Below, piece after piece: positions 62,323-64,000 of a stretch of 64,000 nucleotides of DNA (the stretch's first letter is position 1; every line of letters starts with the position of its first letter). The stretch covers positions 3,331,158 through 3,395,157 of the forward strand of contig BDGG01000003.1 in assembly GCA_001949185.1 (NCBI GenBank), written 5' to 3'. This stretch comes from Ramazzottius varieornatus (taxonomy: Eukaryota; Animalia; Tardigrada). A model generated the notes under the pieces. That model worked only from the letters and a program-made list of their open reading frames with translations, was not told the origin of the DNA and did no database searches. A program made the position numbers and the translations under genes.

Positions 62323-63343
62323 CGGAAGTCAGAGACTGCAACAATGAAGTCTTCAAACGATCAGTTCGGGATCACCGAAGATTTCGATATTCGTCTATCT
62401 GGGTGGACTTTGGAACTTGTCAAAGGCCTCGGTCGTCCGTGTTCCTTGAGCAAAACTGTATGAGATCGGAAAGCGATTCGCTAACGATAATTTGTACTGG
62501 AAGGAAAGATGGACTATCGTTCAGACGGGACGATTCAACCTAATCAGCTGTTTAGCTATTCACCAATGCGCGTTTTGCCTGTCACTAATATGGTTGCCCA
62601 CATGGTGCTTATCCGCGGTATGTAGCCAGGTAATCAATAATCATTCGATCGAAGCTTCAGTATTACGTGGGTAAATATAACACACAAAGATAGCCTTTGA
62701 CGTTATTCGTAAATCGCAATCTCACAGAGTCATAATATAGCAGCTATAGCCTATAGCTGGTTTCTAGTTTTGAATTTCCCTTCCCAAGAAAGAAAGACCT
62801 GGTTAGAGAAGGCGCTGAACGACGCGCGAGCGGAGCGCGAACGACTCGGTGAGTTGTATTTCCTAGGTCGTTTTAAGATCGGAGTGCGCATCCGTTCCCA
62901 GTCCGCTCTCCTTTTCGGTCGTTCTCAGTCCGGTCCGTTTTCGGTCACGATCTGATTCGCTTCGCCTTCAGTCTGTTCTTTTCTTTGCTTTCAAATGGCT
63001 CGTTTCCGTCAAAACAAGTTCGGACAAGTCCGCACGGGTTTCGGCCAGGCCGGCAGCCTGGCGACCAGCCATCGAGTTTTGCTAGAGGTATCTGACATGA
63101 GTAATGGAGTCTCACTCTTGTTCAGGTGAGTCACTCGGTGCCTTCTTCCGCAGCCGTTTACCCGAGAACAAACCGCACAAGTAGTTCCCTAAAACGGTGA
63201 GGCGGAACAATGAAACGTTTCCTATAAACTGATGTTATCCAAATAGCCAAAGAAGCTCGACAAAGATTTTCAGGGGAAAGTTCCGTTTTATTTGTTCGGC
63301 CGCTTGCCGCCATGGCGCATTTTGAGACGCAGTGCGTCATTAG

Positions 63344-63931
63344 TAAGTTTGTAAATTCCAGGCCGAATGCCCTTGGAATGGAAAATAGGAAAGGCATCCC
63401 TAATATTCCTATATTCCTGTTTCCCTTCTCCAGAACGTCCTCGCAAAAATCTGTAATTCCAAAGTCCCATCTGCCAGTTTGGTTCTTTTTACATACCCAT
63501 CTAAAACAATAAACACGATCTGAAGTCATCAACAAATATGGTTTTGAGACTGAAAGCCAGCTGGAGATTGGCTGATCCGAACTTTCGGCCTTGTCGGACC
63601 TGAAAGTCCAAGGGAAAGTCAAGGACTTACGCACAGTTGAATTCGCCGCATACTTCAGTGCGACGGATCGAAAATGCTATTGGTTGTTCAACTGAACGAC
63701 CAATTAGCCTCAGTGGTACGCATGTGTGAGTCGGCGTCGGGTTCAGTTTTTCGACAGAATCTGCTGGATCTTCGACTGTTTCCCTCGTGGAATTCCTAAA
63801 TTTTCACCAAAATCTTCTCGTTTTCTGAATAGGAATTCCACCGTTCCAAACGGCTACCCCTTGGAACGGAACGGAATTCCAGGAATGGAACGGAATTTGG
63901 AGAGGAATGGAATTAGGAATTTACAACCCTA
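63344..63931. mobile_element. Non-autonomous hAT-type element (588 bp)
   Basis: 16-bp TIRs TAAGTTTGTAAATTCC and TAGGGTTGTAAATTCC (2 mismatches); perfect 8-bp target duplication GTCATTAG (63336-63343, 63932-63939); subterminal GGAAT/GGAAC repeats. Confidence 0.85.
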
Positions 63932-64000
63932 GTCATTAGTGCGCCCCGCCCTCCCCGAAAATGTGTATCATCACCAGCGCAAGCAGGCCGCGCCTGTGCG

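Noticed and set aside
62770-63330. Possible first exons of a plus-strand gene (GTGAGT donor at ~62849; ATG at ~62995)
   Set aside because: Splice-like signals exist but there is no recognisable product, so it cannot be supported within the window.
63158-63634. 158-aa minus-strand ORF as a transposase
   Set aside because: It crosses the element boundary and has no recognisable transposase or BED-finger motif.

Overview
Gene-dense eukaryotic (invertebrate animal-type) DNA with mostly very short (~50-70 nt) GT-AG introns and genes largely in head-to-head pairs. The species cannot be determined from the sequence. Left to right: two divergently transcribed CNGK/tetraKCNG-type K+ channel paralogues (one complete with four repeats, one running off the window), MNS1-like, a type II membrane EGF/CUB protein, a TSSK-family kinase, tRNA-Ser(AGA), NBEAL1/2, ZFAND2B, HID1, an intron-containing tRNA-Leu(TAA), MED14, CIAO1, a disrupted urease accessory UreF gene, an orphan 4-TM protein, STARD7, PSMD6, tRNA-Cys(GCA), an RNF14-like RBR ligase, SNAPC1, TRAPPC2 and a non-autonomous hAT element. 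The most striking unexplained structure is a ~120-bp palindrome family with 16 clear copies. All are intronic, one per intron, in both orientations. The copies are heavily diverged, yet the central AGTGGCGC/GCGCCACT half-sites keep an exact 29-bp spacer in 13 copies (28, 18 and 17 bp in the others). Exon boundaries were read by eye and are approximate; gene names come from recalled family motifs, not database searches.
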